Notes: generated by a model from the sequence alone, not told the origin. Counted from the first letter of the stretch, positions 1 to 12,704 are shown. The stretch: DNA of 64,000 bases from Mobula hypostoma (GCF_963921235.1 NC_086109.1:20462001-20526000), one strand, 5' to 3'. Numbers and translations: made by a program.

Positions 1-356
1 CTTCTATGTTAACAGTTAGATGCCTTCAATAAATTATGTAAGTGCAGCTTGACACCCTTCATGAGAAAATAAATGGTGAAGCTCTGTGTGTGGGAAAAAT
101 GGAAAGAAATTAAATGTCTCTAATGCCCCAGTTTAAGTGCTGGTTAAAACAAATGCTATTAAACATTTCAGTTTATAGATGCCCTTGTAATTCCAGTGTT
201 AAATATTAAATTGCACCTTAGTGTTTCTATGCTGAAAGATCTTGAACCTATGCCTGTGTTTAAAGCAAACAGTGGAGTCAGGATTATAGAATAAATAATC
301 CAGATTAGCATTCAAATCCAGCCACGGAAACTGTGGAACTGAACTTCAATTAATAA

Positions 357-678
357 CTTAAAGATTAGTTTTATTATACAATGAAACATCAAAACTTACT
401 GTTTCATGGGTCATTTGCAGCAACAACCAACGCAGTCTGAGGACGTGCCGGAGGGAGACCGCAAGTGTCGCCATGTTTCCGATGTCAGTGTAGCACGCCC
501 ACAACTTACTAACCCTAACCTGTATGCCTTTGGAATGTGGGAGGAAACCAGAGCACCCGGAGGAAACCACACGTGCATGGGGTAAACGTACAAGCTCTTT
601 ACAGACAGCAGGGAGGAATTGAACCTGGGTCACTGGCGTTACCATAGTGTTACTAACTGCTTTCCTACAGTGCCGCCC
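357..678 (-). mobile_element. tRNA-derived V-SINE (HE1-like)
   Basis: Minus strand has a tRNA-like head (ggttcaattcc B box) and the V-domain gtggtttcctccgggtgctctggtttcctcccacattccaaag. Related copies occur elsewhere in the window. Confidence 0.75.
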
Positions 679-1449
679 ATGGTACTTAAGAAGTAGTTTT
701 CTTCAAGGTTAATCATATGAAAAATGTTTTTTAAAAAAACACAATTAATTCATTAATGTTTTTCCTAAGAGGGAACCTGCTCTCCTTACCTGGTCTATTC
801 CATGACTTCAAACGGATCAATGTAGTTAATTCTGCGATGGCTGGCAAGATCAAGATCAGGGCGGGATAGGCAATGGACATTGGCCTTGTCAGTAAAGACT
901 CAAATCCTGAAATGCAAATAAATAATAATGAGTTACGTTACAGGTTTCTTTATCACTCTGATCGGGAATAATTGGTCAATTCCTTTGATGCTCAGTTTTC
1001 TGGCTTCTGATTGTGGTCAATATTTTTGCGGTTTTGAAAACACTGTTGAAATTATTGCAGGTCAAGTTTAAATAGATAGAAGAAACCGTATCCCTTCTTC
1101 TGGTGTCAGCCACCTCTTTTTTTAGGCCTAATGACTTTGTCCTCCAGCCCTGTGAAAAGGAGACAGTATGATTGTGGTTAATGAGAACAAGAAAACTGCT
1201 TCACGGTGCCCATAACCTTGCAGAGTAATCCATCTATCCCTGTGAAAGTTTCACTTCCCTCCCTGTCAGAGACTCTTTGGCAGCGCCTCTCAAATCCCTG
1301 ACCTCTACCACAAAGAAGTGCAAGTGCAGCAGGTGCAAGGAAATATCATCACATCTAAAATAAAAACAGAGAATACCGCAGATACTCAACAGGGCAGACG
1401 GCACCCGTGGAAAAGGAAACTGTTAACGCTACAGGTTGATGACCTTTAA

Positions 1450-1905
1450 GACCATAATAAGACTGAGGAGTAGAATTAGGCCATTCAGCCCATCAGGTCT
1501 GCTCTGCCATTTCACATGGCTGATCTATTACCCCTCTCAACTCCATTCCGCCTTCTCCCCATAACTTTTGACTTCCTGATTACTTAAGAATCTATCAACC
1601 TCCGCCTTAAATATCCCCAATGACTTGGCCTGCCCAGCTGTATGTGGCAAATAATTGATTCACCACTGATTCACCACGCTCTGGCTAAAGAAATTTTTCC
1701 TCATCTTTGTTGTAAATGGACATTCTTCAACTCTGAGGCTGTGCCCTCTGGTCCTAGACTCGCCACCATAGGAAACATTCTCTCCACATCCTCTCTATCC
1801 AGACCTTTCAATATTCGATAGGTTTCAATGAAAAGAAGCAGTCCCGACACCGACCCATGTGGCAATACACGAGTCACCAGAAGCAAACCAGAAAAGGTCC
1901 CATTT
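1450..1905 (-). mobile_element. CR1-type LINE 3' fragment
   Basis: Minus-strand peptide IETYRILKGLDREDVERMFPMV, typical of the CR1 ORF2 C-terminus, plus a gaccataa-type tail. Confidence 0.75.
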
Positions 1906-3347
1906 CAATCATCTCCTGTCCTCTGAGCCACTGAATATTTTGACATTGAGAAAGTGTCCCAGAACTCCCTACCTAAGAGCACTGTGAATCATCTCACAAG
2001 TTGGGATGGTTCATTCATTTGGATAATCTATAAGAACTGACATCTATCCCCAGTATAAATAATGATCCATAATGGCACATAGGCATGGCCGTTTAGTTGA
2101 AAATTACTGTCTTCCATAAAGAATGTTGTGTTTATAGTCTATTTTTGTCTCTTTACTTAGAGATGCAACAACACAAAAGAGCCCTGCTAACACTACATCC
2201 AAGAACGGGCGAAGACAATCCAGCAACTTAATGTTACTCCACAATTCAGACAGATCAAGGCTGCTCTAGGCCTTCCACATAGTTTCCCTGCCTTGGTTCC
2301 AACCCACAAAGCCAAAAATTAAAACAAAATCAAGAGTAGAAGTACACAGCAGGTCAAACACCATTTGTAAAAGAAGAAAAGGAGTTAATATTTCAAGTTA
2401 TTAATCTTTCAAGTGTTCATTTTCCCTGGTCATAGTGTCTTACAGCATGGAAACAGTTTAATATTTTGGAGTTACAAAACATTATACTGACCATGGTGTC
2501 CACTAAGGTGGTCCCACTGGCCTGCGTTTGGCCAATAATTTAATAACATTTAAAAGACGTTTGGATGTTAGAGCATATTCTAGACTTAGGGTGCATGGCA
2601 AAATATTAACTTCAGCAGCTAACTTCAGTAAACAATCTTTAGACCTGAATGTGGACTGTAGATTAATTTTAAAATGTAGCTCTGGACAATAGTTTCCTAG
2701 GGGTATGAACAGCAGTTAATTAAAAAACTAGACTATATTGATTTAGCATTCATTTTGGGTGTCTATAGTGTGGGTGCGAAGGAGGAGGTATGAAACTTAT
2801 ATGCAATTCAAAGGAAGTATTGTAGATATATTGTAAATATAGAATTGTCCTTTGATCTTTAACATATAAAATGTCATGTAATGTTGGGTTGAATAGATCT
2901 CTTCCTCTGAAAGGATCTCAGTACCATGCCTGCTGTGTCTCCTTTTGTCAAATAAAAGACTACTTCATATCTACAAGCTGCGTCTCTCCAGTGACTGTGT
3001 TCACATTACCACATTAGATTGGAGGGGTTTAAAGGGATATGGAGCCAAACAAAAAACAAAGCCTCTTCCAGGATTGCTTCAGTATCCCAGCAATCACAGC
3101 TTCCTGATGTTATGGCAGATTGGTGTAGCTTTAATTTTATGTCTTCTTACTTTTTACTTTTGCACATTCAGAAGTAGCCTGATCATCACTGGTCTACCAA
3201 AGCTTATTTACACTGTTACCAGCTGGATCAGATCATCCGACAAATGGCAGAAGTTCAAGAAGCCCCTCCAACATCTTCTCAAGGACTGCCAGGGATAGAT
3301 ACTACGTGCTGACCTTGCTAGTGCTGCTCATATCTGTGAATAAAATA

Positions 3348-3858
3348 CGAGGGGTGATTGATAAGTTCGTGGCCTAAGGTAGAAGGAGTCAATTTTAGAA
3401 AACCTAGCACATTTATTTTACAACATAGTCCCCTCCTACCTTTACACACTTAGTCCAGCGGTCGTGGAGCCCTTCTTTGTAGAAGTCGGTATCTTGGACC
3501 TCCAGGTGGTCCACAGCAGGGGTGATTGATAAGTTTGTGGCCTAAGGTAGAAGGAGGTGAGTTACACAGCTTTCGTTACATGCATTTGCAGTTCAACTCT
3601 TTGAGTGATTATGCAGAAAGTTTGAAGTTAATAACATCTCCTTCTACCTTAGGCCACGAACGTATCAATCACCCCTGCTGTGGACCACTTTCTGGAGGTC
3701 CAAGATGCCGACTTCTACAAAGAAGGGATCCGTATGCTCCATGACCGCTGGACTAAGTGTGTAATTGTAGGAGGGGACTATGTTGAAAAATATATGTGCT
3801 AGGTTTTCTAAAATTGACTCCGTCTACCTTAGGCCACAAACTTATCAATCACCCCTCG
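3348..3858. mobile_element. Mariner-derived foldback MITE with TA TSD
   Basis: TA|CGAGGGGTGATTGATAAGTT...AACTTATCAATCACCCCTCG|TA, with long inverted arms. The right arm encodes the mariner transposase C-terminus FYKEGIRMLHDRWTKCVIVGGDYVEK (~3713-3790). Confidence 0.88.
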
Positions 3859-3976
3859 TAATAGATATCAAGCCAGGACTAATTGTTCCTCTGCCTTGCT
3901 GTACAGGAAGACAGCACGGTTAGTTGCTAAGTCTAAATCTAACATTGTTCTCACTATTTCCTCCTCTCCGCTTCAG

Positions 3977-4254
3977 GTAGCCGGGAGGCTGCTTTTGTCT
4001 ATGCCATATCCTCTGCTGGGGTTGTGTATGCCATCACACGAGCCTGTAGCCAAGGGGACCTGAATACCTGCGGCTGTGACCCACGGAAGAGGGGCAAGGC
4101 CCGCGACTCGAGAGGGGAATTCGACTGGGGAGGCTGCAGCGACAACATAAACTATGGAATAAAGTTTTCCAAAGCCTTTGTGGATGCCAAGGAGAAGAAG
4201 GAGAAAGATGCCAGGGCACTGATGAATCTCCACAATAATCGATGCGGCAGGACG
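3977..4254 (+). CDS. wnt2b: Wnt-2b coding exon (equivalent to exon 3 of the usual 5-exon structure), 278 bp
   Basis: Polypyrimidine tract and cttcAG acceptor at 3975-3976; GTgagc donor at 4255. Translates as (S)[99 protein letters not shown] is WNT2B-type (WNT2 has NNRAGRK). Phase 1 start, phase 0 end. Confidence 0.96.
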
Positions 4255-4479
4255 GTGAGCCATGAAGCAACATTAGCAGAACTAGTATTGGAATAATTGT
4301 AATATTATGCTTAAATCCAGAGAAAAGTAACACTGTAGCCCTGTGGTCTACTCAACCAGTCTAATGATTGAAGGAGCCAGCTCGAGATTTAAAATTTGTC
4401 AACCATTCAGCAAAAATCTGTTTTCTTTTTCAGCCCTTAACTCTTTCCCCATTTATTGCTGTGTTTGGTGGTATAAGCA

Positions 4480-4950
4480 AGTTAGTTATTAATGGAAGAG
4501 CAATCCTTGAAGTAATGAGATTAATAATTGATAGAAAAGAACTAATTATTAAGCAAATGGATTCATTATTGAGGAAAAGCTATTAGCTATCAGTAAAAAT
4601 GTATTAATTATTTAGAGTAACCTAGCAGTCGTCGATCTCAAGATCTTAATTATTGATGGGTAGCTATTAGTTATTGATGTCGCTTTATTTATTCAGAGAA
4701 GATTTAACTATTGATATAAAACTTAATTATTGAAGATCATTAATTATTCGGATAAGGCATGATTTAAGTGTTTTTGATAGAGCTATAAATGAACAGCATA
4801 AATAATTGATGCAATTAACATTATTAGATGAACTAATATTATTTAATAGATTAGTATTCAGACTAATTATTTATTGATATCAAGGCAATTAATTATCTGA
4901 AAGGTAAAATGCCATTGCTATAAAGAAAATAACTATCAATATTTATTAGT
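4480..4950. repeat. Degenerate AT-rich tandem motif (TTAATTATTGAT-like, ~20 bp spacing)
   Basis: Variants of (c/a)ttaattattga recur throughout, including about 7 TAATTA cores. Confidence 0.6.
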
Positions 4951-5599
4951 TACAGATATACTGTAAGTGAATCCCTTAGTGAGATAAAAGCATTATTTGC
5001 TGTTGGAAACACCAATCTGCAAATAATTTTCAAATCCAAGCCAAGATTGTATGCTGAATTATGGTTGCCTTCTTGTCCCAGTTTGTCTCCCGTCTGTGTC
5101 TAATTTTCTTCTAATTGAAGGTTTCCTCCCTCAAGAGTTACACAATTCAACATCAGATAGATCAGATCAGATCTCTTATACTTGGCTAGTCCTATCTGTG
5201 CCATTGGTGCAATGGTGACAATGTATTTACACTCAATTTCCTTCACTTCCCACAGATGAATGTTCCCATTCTCCAATTGACCACTTATTGATAAAAAGGT
5301 TTGCTTACACAGCTTAAGTATGATAGATTGTAAAAAGTTTGTTTGATTCCCCAGAGAATAAATAGCTGTAAAGTGATCACGTATTGAACATGATAGAGCC
5401 AAGACAAGGAGGGAGAGAAAACTTTTATGGGAATCCATTATATAATGGAACTTGACCAGCCAAATGGATACAATGGACAACCAACTACAAGGCGCAAATC
5501 AGAAGCTTAATTGAATACTCTGTTTACCAGCATGACCACAGTCCCAACAGTACCTGTTATAAATGGCACCATTAGGGGACACCTGATCAACTGTTAAGA

Positions 5600-6140
5600 G
5601 CCAAAAATTTGGTATGGCCTGATATGAAAACACCACTGCCCATGAAGGGAAAAGCCTACAAAAAGTAGTGGATATGGCCAAGACCACAGCAGGAAAAGTC
5701 CTTCTGGCCATCGAGCACATCTATCCAGAGTATTGCCACTAGAAGGCAGCACCTATCAGCAAGGTCCCCCGCCATTCAGGGCCTTTCTTCTCGCTGTTGC
5801 CATCAGGAAGGAGTTACAGGAGCCTCAGGACACACACCACCAGGTTCAGGAAGTTATTACCCTTTAACCATTAGGCTTCTGAACCAGTATGGACAATTTC
5901 ACTCACCTCAACACTAATTCCACAACTATCAACTAATTTTCAAGGACTCTACAGTTCATATTCTCAGCATTATTTATCTACTACTTACTTACTATTTTTT
6001 CTCTATTAGCACAGTTTGCTTTATTTTGCACGTTGACTGTTTGGCAGTGTCTGTGTAGGGTTTCATTGATTCTATTGTACTTCTTTGTAGTATTGTGAAT
6101 GCCTGCAAGAAAATTAATCCCAGGGTAGCATATGGGGACA
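5600..6140 (+). mobile_element. Rex1/Babar-type LINE 3' fragment
   Basis: Contains ccatcaggaaggagttacaggagcctcaggacacacaccaccaggttcagg and a 3' UTR shared with many other copies (e.g. 25690-26100, 44330-44510, 47780-48140, 58860-59060). Confidence 0.6.
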
Positions 6141-6142
6141 TA

Positions 6143-6696
6143 AACACGCAGTGGCCAGTTTATTAAATGACCCGTACATGTGCTCATTCATGCACTTCGT
6201 GCAATCTAATCAGCCAATCATGTGGGAGCAACTCAATGCATAAAAGCATGCAGACATGGTCAAGAGGTTCAGTTGTTGTTCAGACCAAACATCAGAATGG
6301 AGAAGAAATGTGATCCAAACGATTTTGACTGTGGAATGATTGTTGGTGCCAGACAGGTTGGTTTGAGTTTCTCAGAAACTGCTGATCTCCTGGAATTTTC
6401 TCGCATAACAGTCCCTAGAGTTTACAGAAAATGGCGCAAAGAAAAACATGCATTGAGCGGCAGTTCTGTGGGTGAAAATGTCTTGTTAATGAGAGAGGTC
6501 AGAAGAGAGTGGCCAGGCTGGTTCAAGCCAACAGGAAGATGACAGTAATTCAAATAATGACACAACAGTGGTGTGCAGGAGAGCATCTCTAAACGTTGAC
6601 GTGGATGGGCTGCAGCAGCAGAAAAACGACGAGCATACACTCAGTGGCCACTTTGTTCAGTACGGGAAGTAACTAATAAAGTGGCCAGTGAGTGTA
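6143..6696 (+). mobile_element. Non-autonomous Tc1-like element (HTH remnant)
   Basis: Terminal inverted repeats (TIRs) related to CACTCAGTGGCCACTTTATTAGG. Encodes the N-terminal HTH remnant MEKKCDPNDFDCGMIVGARQVGLSFSETADLLEFSR. Same family as 36319 and 52462. Confidence 0.8.
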
Positions 6697-7589
6697 CGTA
6701 CTTTGATAATAAACTTACTTTGACTTTCTTTAGGGATATGTGCAAAGCTATGGAGAACAGTTATGATCTCAAAAAACAGAGGGAGTAAATAGCCCCCTCC
6801 TGTTGTTGCACACACATTATCCTGCATTACTTTGCCTGCCAAACCTTTAACATTTTGTCATTTAACAAGAGACACAAATAGCATTTAACAGAATTAAAAG
6901 AAAAACAGCTGTTGATTTCTGTATCAGGCAACGTGCCAGTGGAGTGAGATTGGTATCAGATGCAGAAGAGACAACAGACACATGTTCAAAACATGCAAAG
7001 GAAACACAACCCTCAAGGGGTTAATAACTTTTAAATCAATTTGCATCAGTTATCACAGTGAACAGTATTTCATCAGCAATTTTATAGTGTAGGCCATATA
7101 TAAAATACTCAAATAAGTCTCAAAGGAAATATAAAGGTATATTTCACTCACTCCGCTGTCCTGTTAGATTGTCTTATGCATTATTTTCAGGTAATTGTTG
7201 TAAACTGGTGAAATATAACTGTAATAGATAGGGAAAGGCCTCCTTTCTATTCGCCACATGGTCAGTTGTGAGTTAATAACCAGGATCTGAATAAAAAGGT
7301 GACCATAGTCCATCAAAAGAGATGTCTTCCTTTTTCATCCCTAATAATTTTTCTGGCAGAGATGGTGGGAAGGGGAAGGGTGGTTGGAGCTGCAGGTTGG
7401 ACTGTTAGGACCTCTAAAAATCATAAAGAAACTGCACATGTTTCGAATCTGGAATAAAAATGCTGGAAAAATCTAGTAGGTCAGGTGGCATCTGTGGAAA
7501 GAGAAACATCATTGATCTCTGAGATTGAAGTTATGAGATAAAGATGTAATTGGGAGTTCAGCTAGCTTTTACTGAAAAAGGGTGAAACC

Positions 7590-8478
7590 ACAAACCCTTT
7601 CATTCCTGGGATCATTCTTGAGAGCATCCTTTGGACCAGCACATTGTTTTTTTAGATAAGAGGTCCAAAATTGCTCACAATACACCAAGTCCAGTCTAAC
7701 CAATGCATTATAAAGCCTCACCATTACATCCTAGCTTTGGTATTCTAGTGCTCTCAAAATGACTGCTAACATTACATTTGCCTTGCATACCATCAGCACA
7801 ACCTGCAAGTTATCCTTTGAGGAGTCGTATATGAGAACTCCCAAGACCTGCTACAGCTCTGATTTTTGGACATTCTTCCTATTTACAAGATGGTCCACAC
7901 CTTTATTCCTTCTCCCAAAGTGTATGACCATGCAGTTCCCCACATTATTTTGCACCTGCCACTCTTTTACCCATTCCCCAAAAATGTCAAAGTCCTTCTG
8001 CAACAGAAATTTTCCTCCCCCCATCATCGTATCGTCCACAACTGTGGCCACAAAGCCGCCAATTCCAACATCCAAATCATTGACGTACAATGTGAAAAGC
8101 AGTCCTAACACTGACACAACGCTGGTCACTTGCAGCCAGTCCCCTTTATTCCACTCTTTGCCTCCTGCCAGTCAGCCAATCTTCCGTCCATTCTACTACC
8201 TTTCCCATAATACCATGGGCTCTTATTTTGGTAAGCAGCCTCATGGGCGGGACCTTATCAAAGATCTTCAGAAAACCCAAATAAACGACATTCACCGAAC
8301 CTCCTTTCTCTATCCAGTCTGTTATTCTCTCAAAGAATTCCAGCAGATTTGTCAGGCAAGATTCACTTTTAGAAAACCATTCTGACTTTGGCCTACTTTA
8401 TTGTACCCCAAAACCTCATTCTTAATAATAAACTCCAACATCTTTCCAACCACTGAAGTCAGGCTAACTGACGTATAA
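7590..8478 (-). mobile_element. CR1 LINE ORF2 (RT) fragment, host of nested insertions
   Basis: Minus peptides SVLGLLFTLYVNDLDVGIGGFVATVVDDT and VSLTSVVGKMLEFIIK. The sequence resumes at 9598-9820 and about 12165-12700. Confidence 0.82.
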
Positions 8479-9594
8479 CACTGGACAAAGATTTTGTTTC
8501 CTGAATACTTCTGGGTGTATCTTATGGTATTTGGGCTGCTTATCATGAAAATCACCATGACATTTTGCTATCATGCACCTTTTTTTTAAATCACCTATAT
8601 TTTTTATTTCAATTCATAATTCAAGTCAATTAAAACGTTGCCCACAATGTAAGCTGAGAAGTTTTCCATCTTGTCCAGGGCATGCTTAGAATGGATGATT
8701 GCTGCATGGCAGGACAGATTTTGGAAAAACAGGACTAGGAGTCTGGAGGAGGCATGGGAGACAGATACAGATACAAATTTTGAATCCTTTATGTTAAGTG
8801 AGCCTTATCTGATTACTCAATCTGAGTTAAATGACCTGGTCAGAGCCTTGGGTTTGTTAAAGGCAAAAGAAGAATTATTGGGTTCAGGACTGCAAGGATG
8901 GAACCTGTTGTCATCAGACACAAAACTTCCTGTGAAGGATTTTGATATTTGTGGCAGATGTTTCCCAGAACAAGTGATGCCAAAATTAAGGAAGGCATTT
9001 TTGTTGGTCCACAAATCAAGCAGATCATCCTTGAGAGGCAATTTGAAGAGCTTCTAATGGCACCGGAGAAAATTGCATGGAAGGCATTCAAGAATGTTGT
9101 TGAAAATTTTCTTGGCAGCTACAGAGCACTAAACTACATGCAGCAGGTTGACAACTTGCTTCATGCATACAAAACCATGAAGCGCAACAGGTCACTAAAG
9201 ATTCATTTTCTGCATTGCATTTAGACTCTTCCCTGCAAACCATGGCACTCTCAGAGAAGAGCACAGTGAAAGGTTTCACCAGGACATTGCAGTCACAGAG
9301 AGACGGTATCAGGGCAACTGGAATCCATTACTGAACACTTAAGCAAGAAGCCTCAGACACTGAGTACAAATGAAAATCATCAATAAAACATTTTTAGCTT
9401 AGTTGAACTATTGCAAAGCATCAGCACCATTATACAATTAAACACATTATATTCAATAAAAGTTAATTTCTTGTTTCTCCAAATTCTTACGTGATACAAG
9501 TACTCTGAAATTATTTGTGTTCAGTTTCAAGCTATCATAAACAAAAATAATAATTCTAAGGAAGCAACACTTTTGAAATATTTGTTGTCTGCTG
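8479..9594 (+). mobile_element. Chapaev3-like (CMC) DNA transposon, internally deleted
   Basis: TAA|CACTGGACAA...TTGTCTGCTG|TAA (degenerate TIR, 3-bp TSD). Transposase motifs ITQSELNDLVRALGL and FPRTSDAKIKEGIFVGPQIK...AWKAFKNVVENFLG...SLKIHFLH...SEEHSERFHQDI...RRYQGNW. Confidence 0.78.
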
Positions 9595-9819
9595 TAATTT
9601 CCTTTCTTCTGCCTCCCTCACTTCATAAAGAGTGAAGTGACATTTGTAATTTTCCAGGAACCATTCCAGAATCTAGTTATTCTTGAAAGATTATTACTTA
9701 GGCCTCCACAATATCTTCAGCTACCTCTTTCAGAACATCTGATCCAGGTGACTTATCTATCTTCAGACTTTACAGCTTCCCAAGCACCTTCTCCTTAGTA
9801 ATAGCAATCCCTCTCCCTC

Positions 9820-11750
9820 TCCTCACAATTGCAACCTGCAACGTAACTGACACCAATAACTTGATATATGCATTGGCAGCAGCAGTCCTAGAAATGCTGG
9901 GCTACAAGATGAAATACAGTGAAGAGTACTGTTATAATTCTCCCCCCGCGCCCCCCCCCGTAAATGATGATTAGAAGCCAAGATAAAATTCACAAGGGTG
10001 GAAGTTAACAGACTAACTGAGTTGTAGAAAGGTGGGAAGACCAAAGACTCACCTCATCTCAGGAAGTACAGTGGTATGCTCATAGCTGAAGCCCTGGAAA
10101 CTGCCCAGCAATGGTTAACAGCTCTGGATACCACACTACAGAAGTACACTAAGGATGTAGATGCCAAACGAATAAATGTCCTCTTCTCCAAGGAACCAGG
10201 AAAACTATTCACACAGTTCCAGAGCGACAACATGCCATACCTGAACCAACCAAAGCAGCAACTGAGGAGTACTGGAAGAGTACATGGGAGAAAGAAGCAT
10301 CACAGAACACCAGTGCCCAATGGCTGAAAGACCCACAAGTAAGCCTCTGCAACCTCCCAGAGGTGGAACCAGTCACCATCACTGCAGGAGATGTTCGGCA
10401 ATGGGTGGTAAGTATGAAGAACTGGACATCACCAGGGCCTGACATGATCCACACCTATTGGCTGAAGAAACTAACAGCATTACATACATGGCTAGCAGCT
10501 CAGATGAACCAGCTGCTTGAAGAAGGCTCCCATCCTGACTGGCTAACTCAAGGAAGGACAGTACTCATAAAGAAGGATCCCCACAAAAGAGCAACGCCAT
10601 CAAACTACCAGCCTATAACCTGCCAGTCAACAACATGGAAGCTCCTAGCAGGCATCATAGCCACCAGGCTGAAGAAACGTGTGTAAATTCCTGAGCCCTG
10701 CTCAGAGGGGGATTGGTAATGGAACCAGCAGCTCCAAGCACCAACTACTGATAGACAAAGCAGTCATGCGAGACTCCCAAGACTAGGCAAACCAACCAAA
10801 ACAGAGGCTGGATCGACTACCAGAAAGCATAACACTCAAAGCCCCACACGTGGATCCTGGAATGCCCATCTCTGCACAAGGTCAACAAGACACGAAGGAC
10901 TTTCATCAAGAACTCAGTGGACTGTCGGAGGACAATGCTAGAAGTTAACTCAAAGCCAATAACACAAGTATCCATCAGATGTGGAACATACCAGGGTGAT
11001 GCATCATCCACACTGCTGATCTGCATAGGCGTGAACCTCCTCCGCCAGATCATCTCAAAGAGTGGATATGGGTACAGGTTCAAGAGTGGAGTGACCATCA
11101 GTCACCTCCTGCACATAGATGACATCAAGCTGTATGCCAGAAATGAAAGAGGTATTAACTCACTAAACCACCTGACAAGGGTGTACAGCAGAGACATCAG
11201 GATGCCATTTGGACTGGAAAAGTACAGCTGGATGGTAGTGAACAGAGGCAAATTCATCAAGACTGAAGGAGTAGAGTTACCTGAAGGCCACATACCAGGT
11301 GTACAGGACAGCTACAGATACCTGGGGATCCTGCAGGTGCATGGAAGCCACAATGAGGACACAAGGAAGGCTGCAACATCCAAGTTCCTCCAAAGAGTGA
11401 GGCAGATCCTTAAAAAGCCAGCAGAATGGGAAGAACAAGATCAGAGCCATCAACACATTCACCCTACCAGTCATCAGATACCCAGCTGCAATAGTGTGCT
11501 GGCCTAGGAACAAACTGGAAACCACTGACATCAAGACCTGGAAATTACTAACAACGCATGGAGGATTCCGCCCAAAGTCCAATGTCAAGCAACTGTACAC
11601 CCGCCGGAATCAAGGAGGATGGGACTTGTAAGTGTCAAGGCCACAGTCCTGGAAGAAATGCAAAACATCCATGAGTATGCCAGGAAGATGGCACCTAAGG
11701 ACAACCTGTTAGGAGAATACCTCAGACAGCAGGCAGGGAATTTGGAAATG
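9820..11750 (+). mobile_element. R4/Dong (Rex6-like) non-LTR retrotransposon, frameshifted RT fragment
   Basis: Peptides NWTSPGPDMIHTYWLKKLTALH...GRTVLIKKD...SNYQPITC and GTYQGDASS...ISHLLHIDDIKLY (degenerate YMDD), spread over frameshifted ORFs 10363-10686 and 10917-11507. Confidence 0.78.
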
Positions 11751-12160
11751 TTACGCTGTTAGCATTTCGGACAGTAATGAAGGTCCCCCATCTCTAGTGG
11801 TGCTCAGGGCTTCTTTCATCATGTCAGTTGCTTCCTCTCAGTTTTCACTACTGTCAGTCATGCAAGTACTGGGTGGAGACTCAGGAATACCATCACACTC
11901 AGATGTAGAAGGATTCTTCATTGCTGTTTCCTTAACAACTTTGTTTTACCAGTCAGAGTTGTTAGCCCTGAGCCGAACCCCCAAACCTGGAGGAATGGTG
12001 GACCACTCTTAGTCTGTACTTTACCCTTTGACCTGTTTGGCATGGGTAACCCTACCAATAGCCAAAGCATAAAGCCCTGACTCCAGCCTCAATGACTGTA
12101 GCTCTCCAAGTCATTGAGGCACACAAGTCTCCAAACCATGACAAGGTTGAGGCCCTCCTG
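11750..12160 (-). mobile_element. Non-autonomous RTE-related short element
   Basis: Clearly homologous to 15120-15505. Minus strand starts ccttgtcatggtttggagacttgtgtgcctcaatga, resembling RTE 5' regions. Confidence 0.6.
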
Positions 12161-12164
12161 GAAG

Positions 12165-12700
12165 TTGTCTCTCTTTTACTTTTTACATATGAAAAAAATG
12201 ATATTATCTTTTATATTATTGTCTAGCTTACCTTCACAATTCATCTTTTCTCTCTTTATGGCGTTTTAATTGTCTTCTCTTGGTTTTTAAAAGCTTCCCA
12301 ATTTTCTACCTTCCCACTAATTGTTGCAATATTCTTCTTTTGCTTTCATCTTGTCTTTGACTTCCCTGGTCAGCCATAATCAGTCTCATCCTCCCTTTAG
12401 AATACTTTTTCATTTTTGGCATGTATCTTTCCTATACCTTCTGAATTTCCCCCAGAAGCACCAGCCACTGCTCTTCTGCCATCATCCCTGCCAGTGTCCC
12501 CTTCTAGCTCCTCTCTCATGCCTCTGTAATTCCCTTTACTCCACTGTATTACTGATACATCTGATTTTAGCTTCTCCTTCTCAAGCTGCAGGGTGAATTC
12601 TATTATATTATGATCACTGCCTCCTAAAGGTTCCTTTACTTTAAGCTTCCTAATCAAACCTGAGTCATGACATAACACGCAATCCAAAATTACCATTCCG
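12165..12700 (-). mobile_element. CR1 LINE fragment (endonuclease/linker region)
   Basis: Minus peptide ILDCVLCHDSGLIRKLKVKEPLGGSDHNIIEF contains the APE endonuclease SDH motif. Confidence 0.8.
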
Positions 12701-12704
12701 CTAT

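Noticed and set aside
4255..4296. ORF-track extension [13 protein letters not shown]
   Set aside because: Intronic read-through past the GT donor at 4255.
3973..4333. Minus-strand ORFs overlapping wnt2b exon 3
   Set aside because: Antisense shadows of a coding exon; no recognisable protein.
7759..8385. 208-aa plus-strand ORF, the longest in the window
   Set aside because: Antisense of a decayed CR1 RT region.
10076..11507. Intact or domesticated reverse transcriptase gene
   Set aside because: Multiple frameshifts and stops, and a degenerate catalytic motif.
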